Virus record (IMG/VR): IMGVR_UViG_3300005573_000133
Coordinates: 1-46,755 of that record
From: a virus
Taxonomy: Duplodnaviria > Caudoviricetes
DNA: 46,755 nucleotides
Direction: 5' to 3' (one strand)
The notes beneath the pieces were generated by a model. It was not told the origin of the DNA and made no database searches. It saw nothing but the letters and a program-made list of their open reading frames with translations. The translations under genes were made by a program, and so were the position numbers. Positions 37,030 through 45,965 of the stretch are shown here, one piece after another (position 1 is the stretch's first letter; each line of letters begins with the position of its first letter).

Positions 37030-39413
37030 TGAATCCTCTGGAAGTGCAATTGTTGATGCAGTTTCCTTTCCTGCAAAGTATGCCAGAGCAGTTGAGGAGT
37101 CTCTGGATTAGTTCCCTGCTCAGTTCTCAGCAGGAACCTGTTAAGTATTGGAGAGGCCTAGAACATGGAACAGATGCCTACATCCGCCTTGTGTCACAAC
37201 TGTCGAATCTTCCAGAGGGAGACCCAAAGGCATTACAGACAATCGAAGCTATCAAGGGATTGGACTCTAGTCTGAGGAAGGGTACTTGGTCTGTTAAGGA
37301 GGGGAGACAGAGATCACTTTGGATACCATCACCTGAGGGAGGTAAGTTCAGAGATTTCTCGAAGTGGACCGAGGACCCTGTGCTCAGGAAACTGGTGAAG
37401 AAAGCAGTGCATACTAGGACTAAGGAACCAGAAAGGATTTGGGAGAGGATTAGGACATATGGAGATATAGCATACCATCCTCGTCGCAAGAATCCCTTTC
37501 CGCGGGAGTACATCAATGCACTAGCAATGATTGCTGGTCGTTCTGCGAAGGATCCATATGCGAAGGAGGGCTTGGAAAGACTGCAGAAGATAAAGGAAGT
37601 GTATCCTGAGATACCAATACCAATGCCATGGAAGGAAGGGAAGACTTTCAGTGGTATGGAAGACCTCTTCAGGGTAGGTTCTGGAGCTCAGTGGAAGGTT
37701 CGGCGAGCTTTCCACCCCTTGCTAAATTCTCGCAGGAGACAGAAGCTATTGGAACATGTTTCCAAGGTTGGTGAGTTCGTTGGTCTTCCAGAGAAAGGAA
37801 AGAGTTATGCAGCACCACTTCCGAAGGAGAAGTGGAAGCTTCCTCCCACAGGATGGCAGGCTAAGGGTCATGCATATGCAGACTTAATAAAGATATTGTC
37901 TGGAAGGAAGACGAGGGATCCTATCGCAGCGATGGCAATATCTAATATTCATACGATGGGATTCCCTGATGCTGTGATAAAGGAAGTTAAGGGTGGTAGG
38001 TATGCAAACATAAAGTTCAAGAAGCCAGATGTTGAGAAGGATCTTGCCAAAGTATTGAGAGTGCATAGTAGGGACCCTCTAGCGGCGTTGGGACATCTGA
38101 AAGAACTTGTTGATATAGAGGAGGGGACGAATGAGGAGTACAGTCTGAGAGAACCAAAGGCTACTTGGTATCTCAAGAATCTGATAGCACTCTCTCAGAG
38201 GGGTTGGTCTCAGAGTAAAGAGGACAAGATGAGGTGGAGGCTTCCTCACGCGTGGATACCAGAGAGGAATGCGAGAGGTGAGTATCCTAAGTTCCGAGAA
38301 GTAGTGCCAGCAGAAGCGTTCCGCCAAGCACAGATACTACTGAGGAAGAATACCTCAGAAGAGAGGAGAGAGCAAGCGGTCCAGAAACTGAAAGAGCTAC
38401 TGCTGCCCTCCCCAGACCAGGACCGCATAGCACCAGAGACCTATGGTTACAGACCAAAATGGCATGAGTATCATAGGATGGTATCCTTCCTACAGGGGAT
38501 GTCACATGATGACCCCAAAGCAATTGAGATGTGTAGGAAGATTGAGGAGATGTTTGGTACTGAGGCTGTACCTCTCCCAGATGATAGGACGAAGAAGTTC
38601 CCTGAAGTAGATACTAGCAGAGTGACTAAAGCACTAGCACATGCAATTCGTAGTCGTGCTCCTGCTGAGAAGAAGAAGGGGGTATGGGCAAGGATAAAAC
38701 AGAAGATGATCAAGACTATTGGTTATGAACCTATGGGTTCTATTGTTAGAGGTGGTCCTCCTCCTTCGGCAGACCCATACAAGAAAGGGTTTGAAAGTCT
38801 GCTAGAGAGTATGGAAGTTGCTCTTCCTCATGCACCAGGACAAGTACCAAGGAAGTTAGGAAAGATAGTACCTGGTTGGGGTGGTAGTTGGGGTTCGTCT
38901 GTCATAGGTCCTGGTCAATACCATCCAGAAGATGTGAAGATAGGTGAGGGCTTCCATATAGCCAAGTTCAAGTCTAGGGAGGCTATGTTGGCTTATGCAG
39001 ATGGAGTGGCTGAGGGAATGACAAACCCGAATCCTCCCCCACCGCAGCAGCAACAGCAGCCATTCTGGAGGAAGAAAAAGAAGTGGGATTTGGGTAGGAT
39101 ACTCAGATTGGAACCTGTAGCAACTGCTCTGAGGGGTATGACTAGGGAAGCTCTGAGCAGGTTGAATACCTATGTTCCTCTTCCTAAGGTGACTGTGGAT
39201 AAGACTCCTGTGAATCCTAGGGGTTACTTCAAAGGATTCTCGGGTAGGTCGAATCTTGAACTACAGCTCATGAAGAATAGGTTGGAACACATGGCAGCGA
39301 GAGAAGGTATGGACACAGCACGTCGGGAAGAGCTTAGGAAGCATATAAGTAGGTTGGATATTGAGTTGAATGCGCGTAAGAATGCTGCGCCCTCATATGG
39401 GCCTTACTTCTAA
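37029..39413 (+). CDS. Large basic protein with degenerate ~100 aa repeats (putative internal virion protein)
   Basis: 794 aa, K/R-rich; recurring Y-x2-hh-x2-h-x-(G)-x4-DPxA pattern. Confidence 0.7.
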   Translation: MNPLEVQLLMQFPFLQSMPEQLRSLWISSLLSSQQEPVKYWRGLEHGTDAYIRLVSQLSNLPEGDPKALQTIEAIKGLDSSLRKGTWSVKEGRQRSLWIPSPEGGKFRDFSKWTEDPVLRKLVKKAVHTRTKEPERIWERIRTYGDIAYHPRRKNPFPREYINALAMIAGRSAKDPYAKEGLERLQKIKEVYPEIPIPMPWKEGKTFSGMEDLFRVGSGAQWKVRRAFHPLLNSRRRQKLLEHVSKVGEFVGLPEKGKSYAAPLPKEKWKLPPTGWQAKGHAYADLIKILSGRKTRDPIAAMAISNIHTMGFPDAVIKEVKGGRYANIKFKKPDVEKDLAKVLRVHSRDPLAALGHLKELVDIEEGTNEEYSLREPKATWYLKNLIALSQRGWSQSKEDKMRWRLPHAWIPERNARGEYPKFREVVPAEAFRQAQILLRKNTSEERREQAVQKLKELLLPSPDQDRIAPETYGYRPKWHEYHRMVSFLQGMSHDDPKAIEMCRKIEEMFGTEAVPLPDDRTKKFPEVDTSRVTKALAHAIRSRAPAEKKKGVWARIKQKMIKTIGYEPMGSIVRGGPPPSADPYKKGFESLLESMEVALPHAPGQVPRKLGKIVPGWGGSWGSSVIGPGQYHPEDVKIGEGFHIAKFKSREAMLAYADGVAEGMTNPNPPPPQQQQQPFWRKKKKWDLGRILRLEPVATALRGMTREALSRLNTYVPLPKVTVDKTPVNPRGYFKGFSGRSNLELQLMKNRLEHMAAREGMDTARREELRKHISRLDIELNARKNAAPSYGPYF

Positions 39414-39468
39414 GGTTAAAAAGAGTTTTTAGTTGCTCCCTAGAAAGAAACCTTTTTCATATAGAATT

Positions 39469-40038
39469 ATGAGTTTCGAGATAAAGAGAGAGAAGGATGG
39501 GTCCTATACTATAAGGGATGTACCCATCTTCAAAACTCACAGTGATAGGGGCTTTGAGTGTAATGAAGAGTGGATGCGAGATGCAATTCGCAACCACCAG
39601 AAATTCAAGGAAATGGGTTATCGTCCAATGATAATCATTGGGCATAATCAGAAGGGGACAGAGAAGAAAGCAGTTGGGTTCCTAGACAACCTCAGGTTTG
39701 ATCCTCAGTCGGGTATTTTGCATGCTGACTTGGTGAAATTACCTGAGGCGTTGGTGAATGAAATAAAACAGAACGCATGGCCGAACAGGTCAGTAGAAAT
39801 ACTACCTAAGTCTCGTAGGATATTGGCATTGGCTCTTCTGGGTGGTACAACATCACACTTTGCTCTTCCTCAGATGGTTTATGAGAGAGGTGGTGAGCAA
39901 AGTAGATGGCGTTCATCACCTCGTCTGATAGAAGAGGAAGAGCTGGTTTGCTATGGCGGGCCCCCCTCACCACCTACACTGCGAGACTTTCTGTTTGTAC
40001 AGACAACTGCAGCTTGTAGGGGTCTGATAAGGAAGTAG
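39469..40038 (+). CDS. Mu-like prohead (capsid maturation) protease
   Basis: PMIIIGH, AVG, ADL, RSVEI, LALALLG pattern (His/Ser protease); lies between portal and scaffold/MCP. Confidence 0.75.
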   Translation: MSFEIKREKDGSYTIRDVPIFKTHSDRGFECNEEWMRDAIRNHQKFKEMGYRPMIIIGHNQKGTEKKAVGFLDNLRFDPQSGILHADLVKLPEALVNEIKQNAWPNRSVEILPKSRRILALALLGGTTSHFALPQMVYERGGEQSRWRSSPRLIEEEELVCYGGPPSPPTLRDFLFVQTTAACRGLIRK

Positions 40039-40039
40039 T

Positions 40040-40318
40040 ATGTACACAGATGAGGAGAAGATTGAGATATACAGTACCATTCGTGCAGTGCTAGAATCTC
40101 TGAAGAGGTTCAAGCCTACGACGGTACAGAAGGCGGTTGTGGAGACCTTTCTCCCAACTGCTCTGGATAAGGTGAGGGAAGCACATAAGAAAGAGTTGTA
40201 CGAGTTGGTAGAAGCAGCTATCAAGGATGGTCTGGATGTGGATTCAGACATAAGAATCCTTGAGTATGATCTGCCCTTGGCTAGAGATGGAGATGGTACT
40301 GTCTGTCTTCATCCATGA
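40040..40318 (+). CDS. Hypothetical protein
   Basis: 92 aa, adjacent to the protease. Confidence 0.55.
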   Translation: MYTDEEKIEIYSTIRAVLESLKRFKPTTVQKAVVETFLPTALDKVREAHKKELYELVEAAIKDGLDVDSDIRILEYDLPLARDGDGTVCLHP

Positions 40319-40329
40319 CTGGAGGTAAT

Positions 40330-42381
40330 ATGTCCAATCCCAATTGGTTCTTGCGAATGGCTGGTGGACTGGAAAAGTTCATTGGCAGACATCCAAGGCT
40401 GCAGTCGATGCAGAATTGGATGTCAGCTCATCCAAAATCCACCCTTGGCATTGGTTTGGGTGTACCCCTTGGTGCGTTGGGTCTGAAACGCTTTCTGTGG
40501 GGACCGCGTGAAGGGTATGCTTTGGATCCCGATGATATTGAGTCTTACGGTGGGATGTGGGAGCAACTGAAAGGACTTGCCAAAGCGCATCCTTGGAAGA
40601 CTACTGGGGCATCCCTTGGTCTGGCTGGTATTCCTCTGGGTTTGTGGGGACTCCGTCAGTACATAAGGAAGCGGAGGGGTTATGCCCTTGATCCCTACGA
40701 AGAAGCTCTCCTGAGTTATGGTGAGCCTGAGGATGATGATGATGACGATGATGGTGATGATGGAGAGGATGCATACGCTCTGGATGATATTCCTGAGATG
40801 TATGCTGAGGCTCCAGCCGCAGCCGCAGCTGCCGCTCCAGGGTATTGGCAGCAGTTGAAACAGATGTTTAAGACACGCCCTTGGAAGGCTAGTGCGACTG
40901 CATTGGGAATAGCTGGAGTCCCAGTAGGAACTGCATTCCTCATTGATTATTTGAGGCGTCGTCGTCGTGGCTATGCCTTGGATGATCTCCCTGAGATGTA
41001 TGCTGAAGAGGCTGCTGCAGCCGCAGCGCCAGGGTATTGGCAGCAGTTGAAGCAGTTGTTTAAGACTCGTCCCTGGAAGGCCAGCGCCCTCGGACTTGGG
41101 ATGGCTGGAGTCCCAGTAGGAACTGCGCTTCTTATTGATTATCTGAGAAGGCGTCGTCGTGGCTATGCGTTGGATGATATTCCTGAAATGTATGCTGAAG
41201 ATGTTCCAGGAATGTGGCAACAGCTGAAGGCTATGGCCAAAGCGCATCCTTGGAAGGCAGGAGCGACTAGTCTTGGTTTGATGGGCCTTCCTCTGGGAAC
41301 TGCTCTTCTTATTAACTACCTGAGACGCCGTCGCAAGTATGCTCTGGACGACCTCCCCGAGTTGTACGCAGAAGAGGCTGCTGCCGCGGCTGCTTCTCCT
41401 GGGATGTGGCAACGACTGAAGACCATGCTTAGGGAGCATCCTTGGAAGACTGGTGGTATTGGGCTTGGTTTGGCTGGAATCCCAGTAGGAACTGCAGCTA
41501 CCATTGCGGCGATAAGGAGACATAGGAAGAAGAAGGGATATGCTCTGGATGACCTTCCCGAATTGTACGCTGAAGCTGCGGCTGCACCTGGGATGTGGCA
41601 GCAGTTGAAAGCTATGGCCAAAGCACATCCCTGGAAGACTGGTATTTCTGGACTTGGCCTGGCAGGACTTCCTCTGGGAACTGCTCTTCTCATTAACTAT
41701 CTGAGGCGTCGTCGTCGCGGTTATGCATTGGATGATATTCCTGAGATGTATGCTGAAGAGGTCCTGAGACAGGCAGGAATGCAGAATCCTACAGCTCAGT
41801 TTGATCCTGCGGGACTGCCTACAGGACAGGAAGGCATGAGTCAGGTTGTCTCTCAGATTGATCCCTCACTCATGGGTGCTGACTACGATGAAGAGACAGG
41901 ACTCGAGAGTGATCCTGGAGATCCTGATAATGAATTCATCGAGCCTGTAGATAGGGAAGCTAGTGACCAGTTCGCTTATGCGGGTGAGGATCCTGTCCTC
42001 TATGACCTGCAGCGTGAGGTTGGTCAGTTGAAGGCTGCGAATGCACTTCTGCAGGCCTCACGTCAGTATGAGGAACTGAAGAACTATCTCCTCGAGCAGA
42101 AGAGAGGTGGTGCTCCTGTAGGTGACATAGAGCAGACAGTGGAGTATCTGATGAGTCAGACACCTGACCAGGTTGAGCAGTTCAAGGAAATGCTTGAGTC
42201 TGCTCCGAAGGTACTGACTACGAGAATGACCTATGATACTCCTATAAATGATAACACAGTGTCGTTTGATCTGCAGGATTATGAAACGAACAGGGAGATT
42301 TACTCGCGGCTGGGCGTCCGACCTGAGGACCTTCAGTTCGCGAGGTTTCTTCGTTCGAATCAGAGTCCGAATGAGCAGTAA
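40330..42381 (+). CDS. Scaffold-like protein with an N-terminal tandem array of membrane-peptide repeats
   Basis: GGAGG SD; 7 repeat units, then an acidic region and coiled coil (LQREVGQLKAANALL); directly upstream of the decoration and MCP genes. Confidence 0.75.
   Translation: MSNPNWFLRMAGGLEKFIGRHPRLQSMQNWMSAHPKSTLGIGLGVPLGALGLKRFLWGPREGYALDPDDIESYGGMWEQLKGLAKAHPWKTTGASLGLAGIPLGLWGLRQYIRKRRGYALDPYEEALLSYGEPEDDDDDDDGDDGEDAYALDDIPEMYAEAPAAAAAAAPGYWQQLKQMFKTRPWKASATALGIAGVPVGTAFLIDYLRRRRRGYALDDLPEMYAEEAAAAAAPGYWQQLKQLFKTRPWKASALGLGMAGVPVGTALLIDYLRRRRRGYALDDIPEMYAEDVPGMWQQLKAMAKAHPWKAGATSLGLMGLPLGTALLINYLRRRRKYALDDLPELYAEEAAAAAASPGMWQRLKTMLREHPWKTGGIGLGLAGIPVGTAATIAAIRRHRKKKGYALDDLPELYAEAAAAPGMWQQLKAMAKAHPWKTGISGLGLAGLPLGTALLINYLRRRRRGYALDDIPEMYAEEVLRQAGMQNPTAQFDPAGLPTGQEGMSQVVSQIDPSLMGADYDEETGLESDPGDPDNEFIEPVDREASDQFAYAGEDPVLYDLQREVGQLKAANALLQASRQYEELKNYLLEQKRGGAPVGDIEQTVEYLMSQTPDQVEQFKEMLESAPKVLTTRMTYDTPINDNTVSFDLQDYETNREIYSRLGVRPEDLQFARFLRSNQSPNEQ
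40516..41757 (+). repeat. In-frame tandem coding repeats, about 160-200 bp units
   Basis: Unit YALDD(I/L)PE(M/L)YAE-An-PG(Y/M)WQQLK..(H/R)PWK..GLxGxPxGTA..YLRRRRRG; variation is largely synonymous or conservative. Confidence 0.92.
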
Positions 42382-42410
42382 TAACAATGGTAAGACGGTA
42401 AGGAGGATAT

Positions 42411-42848
42411 ATGGCTCTGACAGCGAATGTAGGTTCTAACCTACAAGCCAAGATGGGCGACATCCAGGCGTACACTGTAGGTACAGGTGCTAACATCTAC
42501 AGAGGTGCGCTGGTAGCGATTCGCTTGACTGATGGTTGTGCATACCAAGCAGTCAACGATGTCAATGACGAGTATAAGCAGCTCATTGTTGGCTATGCGT
42601 TGGAGGCAAAAACATCGGGAGAGGTACGCGTGCGTCGTGATGTGAAGTTGCGGCTGAACTTCAATGGCGTGATTTCACCCACTGTAGTAGGTCGGTTGGC
42701 GTGCCTCTACGATGATGAGACAGTTCAGTTGTATGACCCTACTAAATGTAGAGTAGTGGTGGGGCGAATCTCAGAGATTACAGGAAATCAGGTCTATGTG
42801 GACCTGAGAGAACGCCCCAACCGCATAGCAACGGGACTTTATGACTGA
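42411..42848 (+). CDS. Capsid decoration/cement protein (DUF2190-like), copy 1
   Basis: IYRGALV, GYA, DDETV, VVVGRI, VYVD; upstream of MCP. Confidence 0.7.
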   Translation: MALTANVGSNLQAKMGDIQAYTVGTGANIYRGALVAIRLTDGCAYQAVNDVNDEYKQLIVGYALEAKTSGEVRVRRDVKLRLNFNGVISPTVVGRLACLYDDETVQLYDPTKCRVVVGRISEITGNQVYVDLRERPNRIATGLYD

Positions 42849-42858
42849 GGAGTAAACT

Positions 42859-43854
42859 ATGGCTGGTGGCAATCTTGGTAGTTTTGTAAATGCGAAGCTG
42901 AAGGGCGATGTCCTCAGCTTCCCAGTGAAAGCGAATACTACCATCTACAGAGGTGCTCCTGTCGCTCTGGACAGTACGGGCTACCTTGTGATGGCTAGTG
43001 ATACCAGTGGTCTCTATTTCCAGGGGATTGCTGAGGAAGGCGTTGCAGCTGCTGATGTAGTGGCTGGTACCACCAGAGTGAGGGTACGACGCCATGGCAT
43101 CTTCAAGATGAAGTTGGCGAATACTGCTGCAATACCTACTGTGACTGGTGCACGCATCTTCATGCACACAGCACAGGGTAGCAGTACCGACTATTTGGTG
43201 GATACCGTAAGTAATGTATCCAATGGCATCTTCGTTGGTACCTGCGTGAAGCATGGTGCTGATTCGGAGTCAGCTGGAAGCAATTCTACTGAGGTGTGGG
43301 TGGATATAACACCTTCGACCTATCCTGGACAGCTTTCTACAACTGCTCCTTATCAGTTGCCTCTCTCAGAGTTCAGGAAGCCAGATGCCATTAAGGATGT
43401 TCTGGGTGATACTGGTACTGGTAATTATCTGGGTCTGGCTGATGACCCTGCGGGGTATGCTCTCACCACGAGTGCTGTTTCTGGTGGGACTGCAACACGC
43501 AGTGCGTCGTTCGTGTACACAGTACCGAGCGATTACAAGGCTGGTACTAATATAACAGTCAGGATACGCGCAAAGGTGAGTGCTACACCAGGAACCAGCG
43601 CGACCATAGATGCTGCATTCAAAGCCATCTCTGATGGTGCTCTGGGTAGTGATTTGGTTGCGACGAATGCACAGAACCTCACCACTGATTATGCTAACTA
43701 TGATTTTACCATAACTGGTACCTCACTGACGCCTGGTGCGTTGTGTATCCTGACTGTGACAATTGCAATTACTACAACCGATGCAGTTACTGGTACGATT
43801 GCAAAAGTTGAAATGCGGCCGACCTGCTGGGTGCAGGGCGGTGTTACTGGTTGA
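42859..43854 (+). CDS. Capsid decoration protein copy 2 with an additional C-terminal domain
   Basis: N-terminal PVKANTTIYRGAPV, FQGIAEE, VRVRRHG, VWVDI, paralogous to 42411; Thr/Ala-rich beta C-domain. Confidence 0.7.
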   Translation: MAGGNLGSFVNAKLKGDVLSFPVKANTTIYRGAPVALDSTGYLVMASDTSGLYFQGIAEEGVAAADVVAGTTRVRVRRHGIFKMKLANTAAIPTVTGARIFMHTAQGSSTDYLVDTVSNVSNGIFVGTCVKHGADSESAGSNSTEVWVDITPSTYPGQLSTTAPYQLPLSEFRKPDAIKDVLGDTGTGNYLGLADDPAGYALTTSAVSGGTATRSASFVYTVPSDYKAGTNITVRIRAKVSATPGTSATIDAAFKAISDGALGSDLVATNAQNLTTDYANYDFTITGTSLTPGALCILTVTIAITTTDAVTGTIAKVEMRPTCWVQGGVTG

Positions 43855-43926
43855 TTGATTAGCCTCGGAAGCCTAGTTCGGCAGTAAAGGTGGCTAAGCC
43901 ACCGAACGAGGTAGAAAGGATGTGCT

Positions 43927-44982
43927 ATGCTTCCATTCGATCTTGGTATTGTTGAGCGTGGTGTCCGAGGTATCTTTGCCCGCGAATTCCTTACGCGGCA
44001 AAGAGTAGCAAAGTACACTAAGTTGTGTACTGTTGTTGACTCGGACAAGGAAGAAGAGAAATACGCGATGATCTCCACTCTGCCTAATCTGGCAGAGATG
44101 AAGGATGAGCGTGTTCTCTCTGGATTCAGTGAATACAGCTACACGATCAAGAACAAGGTCTATGCGACTGGTATCAAGGTGCCGCGTAGATTGTTCGAGT
44201 ATGATCAGACTGGACAGCTGAGGACTCTCATACAGAGTCTTGCTTCTCGTGTCGCTAACTTCCCTGATCAGCTTGTGTGGCAGCTGATTAAGACTAATGG
44301 GACTTGTTACGACAAGAAGAACTTCTTTGGTACTGACCATGACCTGGGTGATGGTACTAGCCAGATCAACACAATGGATGGTCATCAGACCAATACACTC
44401 ATTCAGGGCAGTACGAAGAACAACAGAGATGACTGCATAGCAGCCTTCCAGCTTGACTTGGTCAATGCCAAGGCTGCACTGCTCGCTCTGAAGGATGACA
44501 GAGGACTGCCCTGGCATGATGATGCTGCTCCTGAGGGATTGGCAATTCTTTGTCATCCCAGGAATGAGTTCTTCGTCAGGACTGCCATCGAAGCCACAAT
44601 GATCAGTGATACTGGTAATCTAACGATGAAGACAGTTGGTCAGGTCATCACCACTAACTACGATGAACCTTTCAAAGATGATAGTGGTGTGGTGAGGTAT
44701 GGTACTTGGTATCTGTTCAAGCTTGATACACCCATTCAGCCCTTCATCTTCCAGAGGTTTGGTCCTAAGGTGCAGTTCCCTGATCCCATTCCTGAAGCAG
44801 ACCAGAGTGCTCTGCAGGCCCTCTCAAGTGTTGAGATTCAGAGTGTGATGCGTACTGGGCAAAACATCTCTGAATGGACCTTCTTCAATGATGAGTTCCT
44901 GTTTGGTGCGAGGGTGCACTACTCAGCTGGTTATGGTATGTGGCAGAATGCCATCAAGGTGAAAGCTAGTGACTACACTTGA
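43927..44982 (+). CDS. Major capsid protein, Mu gpT-like
   Basis: S.KEEEKY, YTIKNKVY..GIKVPR, DQLVWQL..GTCYDKKNFFGTDH, WYL, PFIFQ, FLFG.R...GYGMWQ. Confidence 0.9.
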   Translation: MLPFDLGIVERGVRGIFAREFLTRQRVAKYTKLCTVVDSDKEEEKYAMISTLPNLAEMKDERVLSGFSEYSYTIKNKVYATGIKVPRRLFEYDQTGQLRTLIQSLASRVANFPDQLVWQLIKTNGTCYDKKNFFGTDHDLGDGTSQINTMDGHQTNTLIQGSTKNNRDDCIAAFQLDLVNAKAALLALKDDRGLPWHDDAAPEGLAILCHPRNEFFVRTAIEATMISDTGNLTMKTVGQVITTNYDEPFKDDSGVVRYGTWYLFKLDTPIQPFIFQRFGPKVQFPDPIPEADQSALQALSSVEIQSVMRTGQNISEWTFFNDEFLFGARVHYSAGYGMWQNAIKVKASDYT

Positions 44983-44995
44983 TAGGTGTGTTCTC

Positions 44996-45035
44996 CTGGT
45001 GGGTGGGTAGTTGCCTCCTTCTGCCCACCCACTGG
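44996..45035 (+). terminator. Hairpin after the MCP gene
   Basis: GTGGGTGGGTAG/CTGCCCACCCAC stem; no U-tract; abuts the next SD. Confidence 0.45.
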
Positions 45036-45044
45036 AGGATTGCT

Positions 45045-45485
45045 ATGATTATCGATGCTACATATCTCAACAAGATGTACGATTCGGAGCAGGTCCTGCG
45101 TCTCGCCACAGACCCAGGTAGTGGTGCTCCTAATCCTGAAGATGTCATAGCAGCACACATTGAAGCTGCAGAGGCGAACATAGTATCGCGTCTCCAGAGG
45201 AAGTACTCAACAGAGGAGATACAAAACTCTGCACTAGTGAAGTGGCTAATCGCAGTGATGGCTGTTTACACCTTAGCTGGAAGGAGGATGGGTACCCCTT
45301 CGCAGGAGATACTATCGCAGTATCAGAATGCGATAGCAATCCTGAATGAATTAGAGGAAGGCTCAAGAGTGTTGGAGAGTACGACACAGTATTTGCCTCC
45401 TAAGCCTGATGAACTGAGGAAGATCTATACTGAGTCTGGTCTCTTCGATGGTCTTGAGATAGTACCAGAAGACGAGGTGCTATAA
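45045..45485 (+). CDS. Head-tail connector, Mu gp36/DUF1320-like
   Basis: IEAAEANIVSRLQRKY, AVYTLAGRR, YQNAIAIL..L..G; GGAGG SD; follows MCP. Confidence 0.75.
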   Translation: MIIDATYLNKMYDSEQVLRLATDPGSGAPNPEDVIAAHIEAAEANIVSRLQRKYSTEEIQNSALVKWLIAVMAVYTLAGRRMGTPSQEILSQYQNAIAILNELEEGSRVLESTTQYLPPKPDELRKIYTESGLFDGLEIVPEDEVL

Positions 45486-45958
45486 TGGGAAGCTATTATG
45501 TAGGTGGTCCTTGTAAGATTAGTATAGGTGGTGGAGATGACATTACCACAAAAGCAGGTGTCATCATCAGAACGAATACACAGTGGGCACCTGTAACTGA
45601 TGATGCTCATGGTGAGCATCCTGCTGATTATATACTAGTAGGGAAGTCTGTCGTTGTAGAAGCAGCTACAAACGATGTAGCAAACCTTCGTGAATCTGGA
45701 ACTTCCATTGGCATTGCTAGTTGGGGTAGTATCTGTGATGAGGCAGGTAACGCTATTGGTGCAATAGTTGGGACTAGTGGTAATGGAGTGAGCGTAACGA
45801 TTAAGAGTGGAAAGCTCACTTGGAATCTGCCTAACTGTGTCATCATGGATCCAGCACCTATAGTTATTGCAAGTACTCAGGAAGTGATTTATCCACTCGT
45901 CATACAGGGCTACCCCGACGTGGATGGCAAACTAATCACGTTTACAATAAGCCAGTGA
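45485..45958 (+). CDS. Putative tail tube-like protein, copy 1
   Basis: YYVGGPCKISIG...GVII...PVTDDxxGxxP; paralog of the next gene. Confidence 0.55.
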   Translation: MGSYYVGGPCKISIGGGDDITTKAGVIIRTNTQWAPVTDDAHGEHPADYILVGKSVVVEAATNDVANLRESGTSIGIASWGSICDEAGNAIGAIVGTSGNGVSVTIKSGKLTWNLPNCVIMDPAPIVIASTQEVIYPLVIQGYPDVDGKLITFTISQ

Positions 45959-45965
45959 GGTACAT

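Noticed and set aside
39415-39468. Sigma70 promoter before the protease
   Set aside because: It is AT-rich with TTGCTC, but the best -10 (TAGAAT) is 23 bp away, so the spacing is unsupported.
40423-41628. Long minus-strand ORFs (401 aa here; also 8039-8668, 14265-14888, 30369-31022, 43894-44556)
   Set aside because: They are antisense shadows of well-supported + strand genes, with no recognisable motifs; the 401 aa ORF simply mirrors the coding repeat.
40516-41757. Regular nucleotide repeats as a CRISPR array or DGR template/variable repeats
   Set aside because: The repeats are in frame with mostly third-position variation, the intervening parts are homologous, variation is not adenine-specific, and no reverse transcriptase is present.
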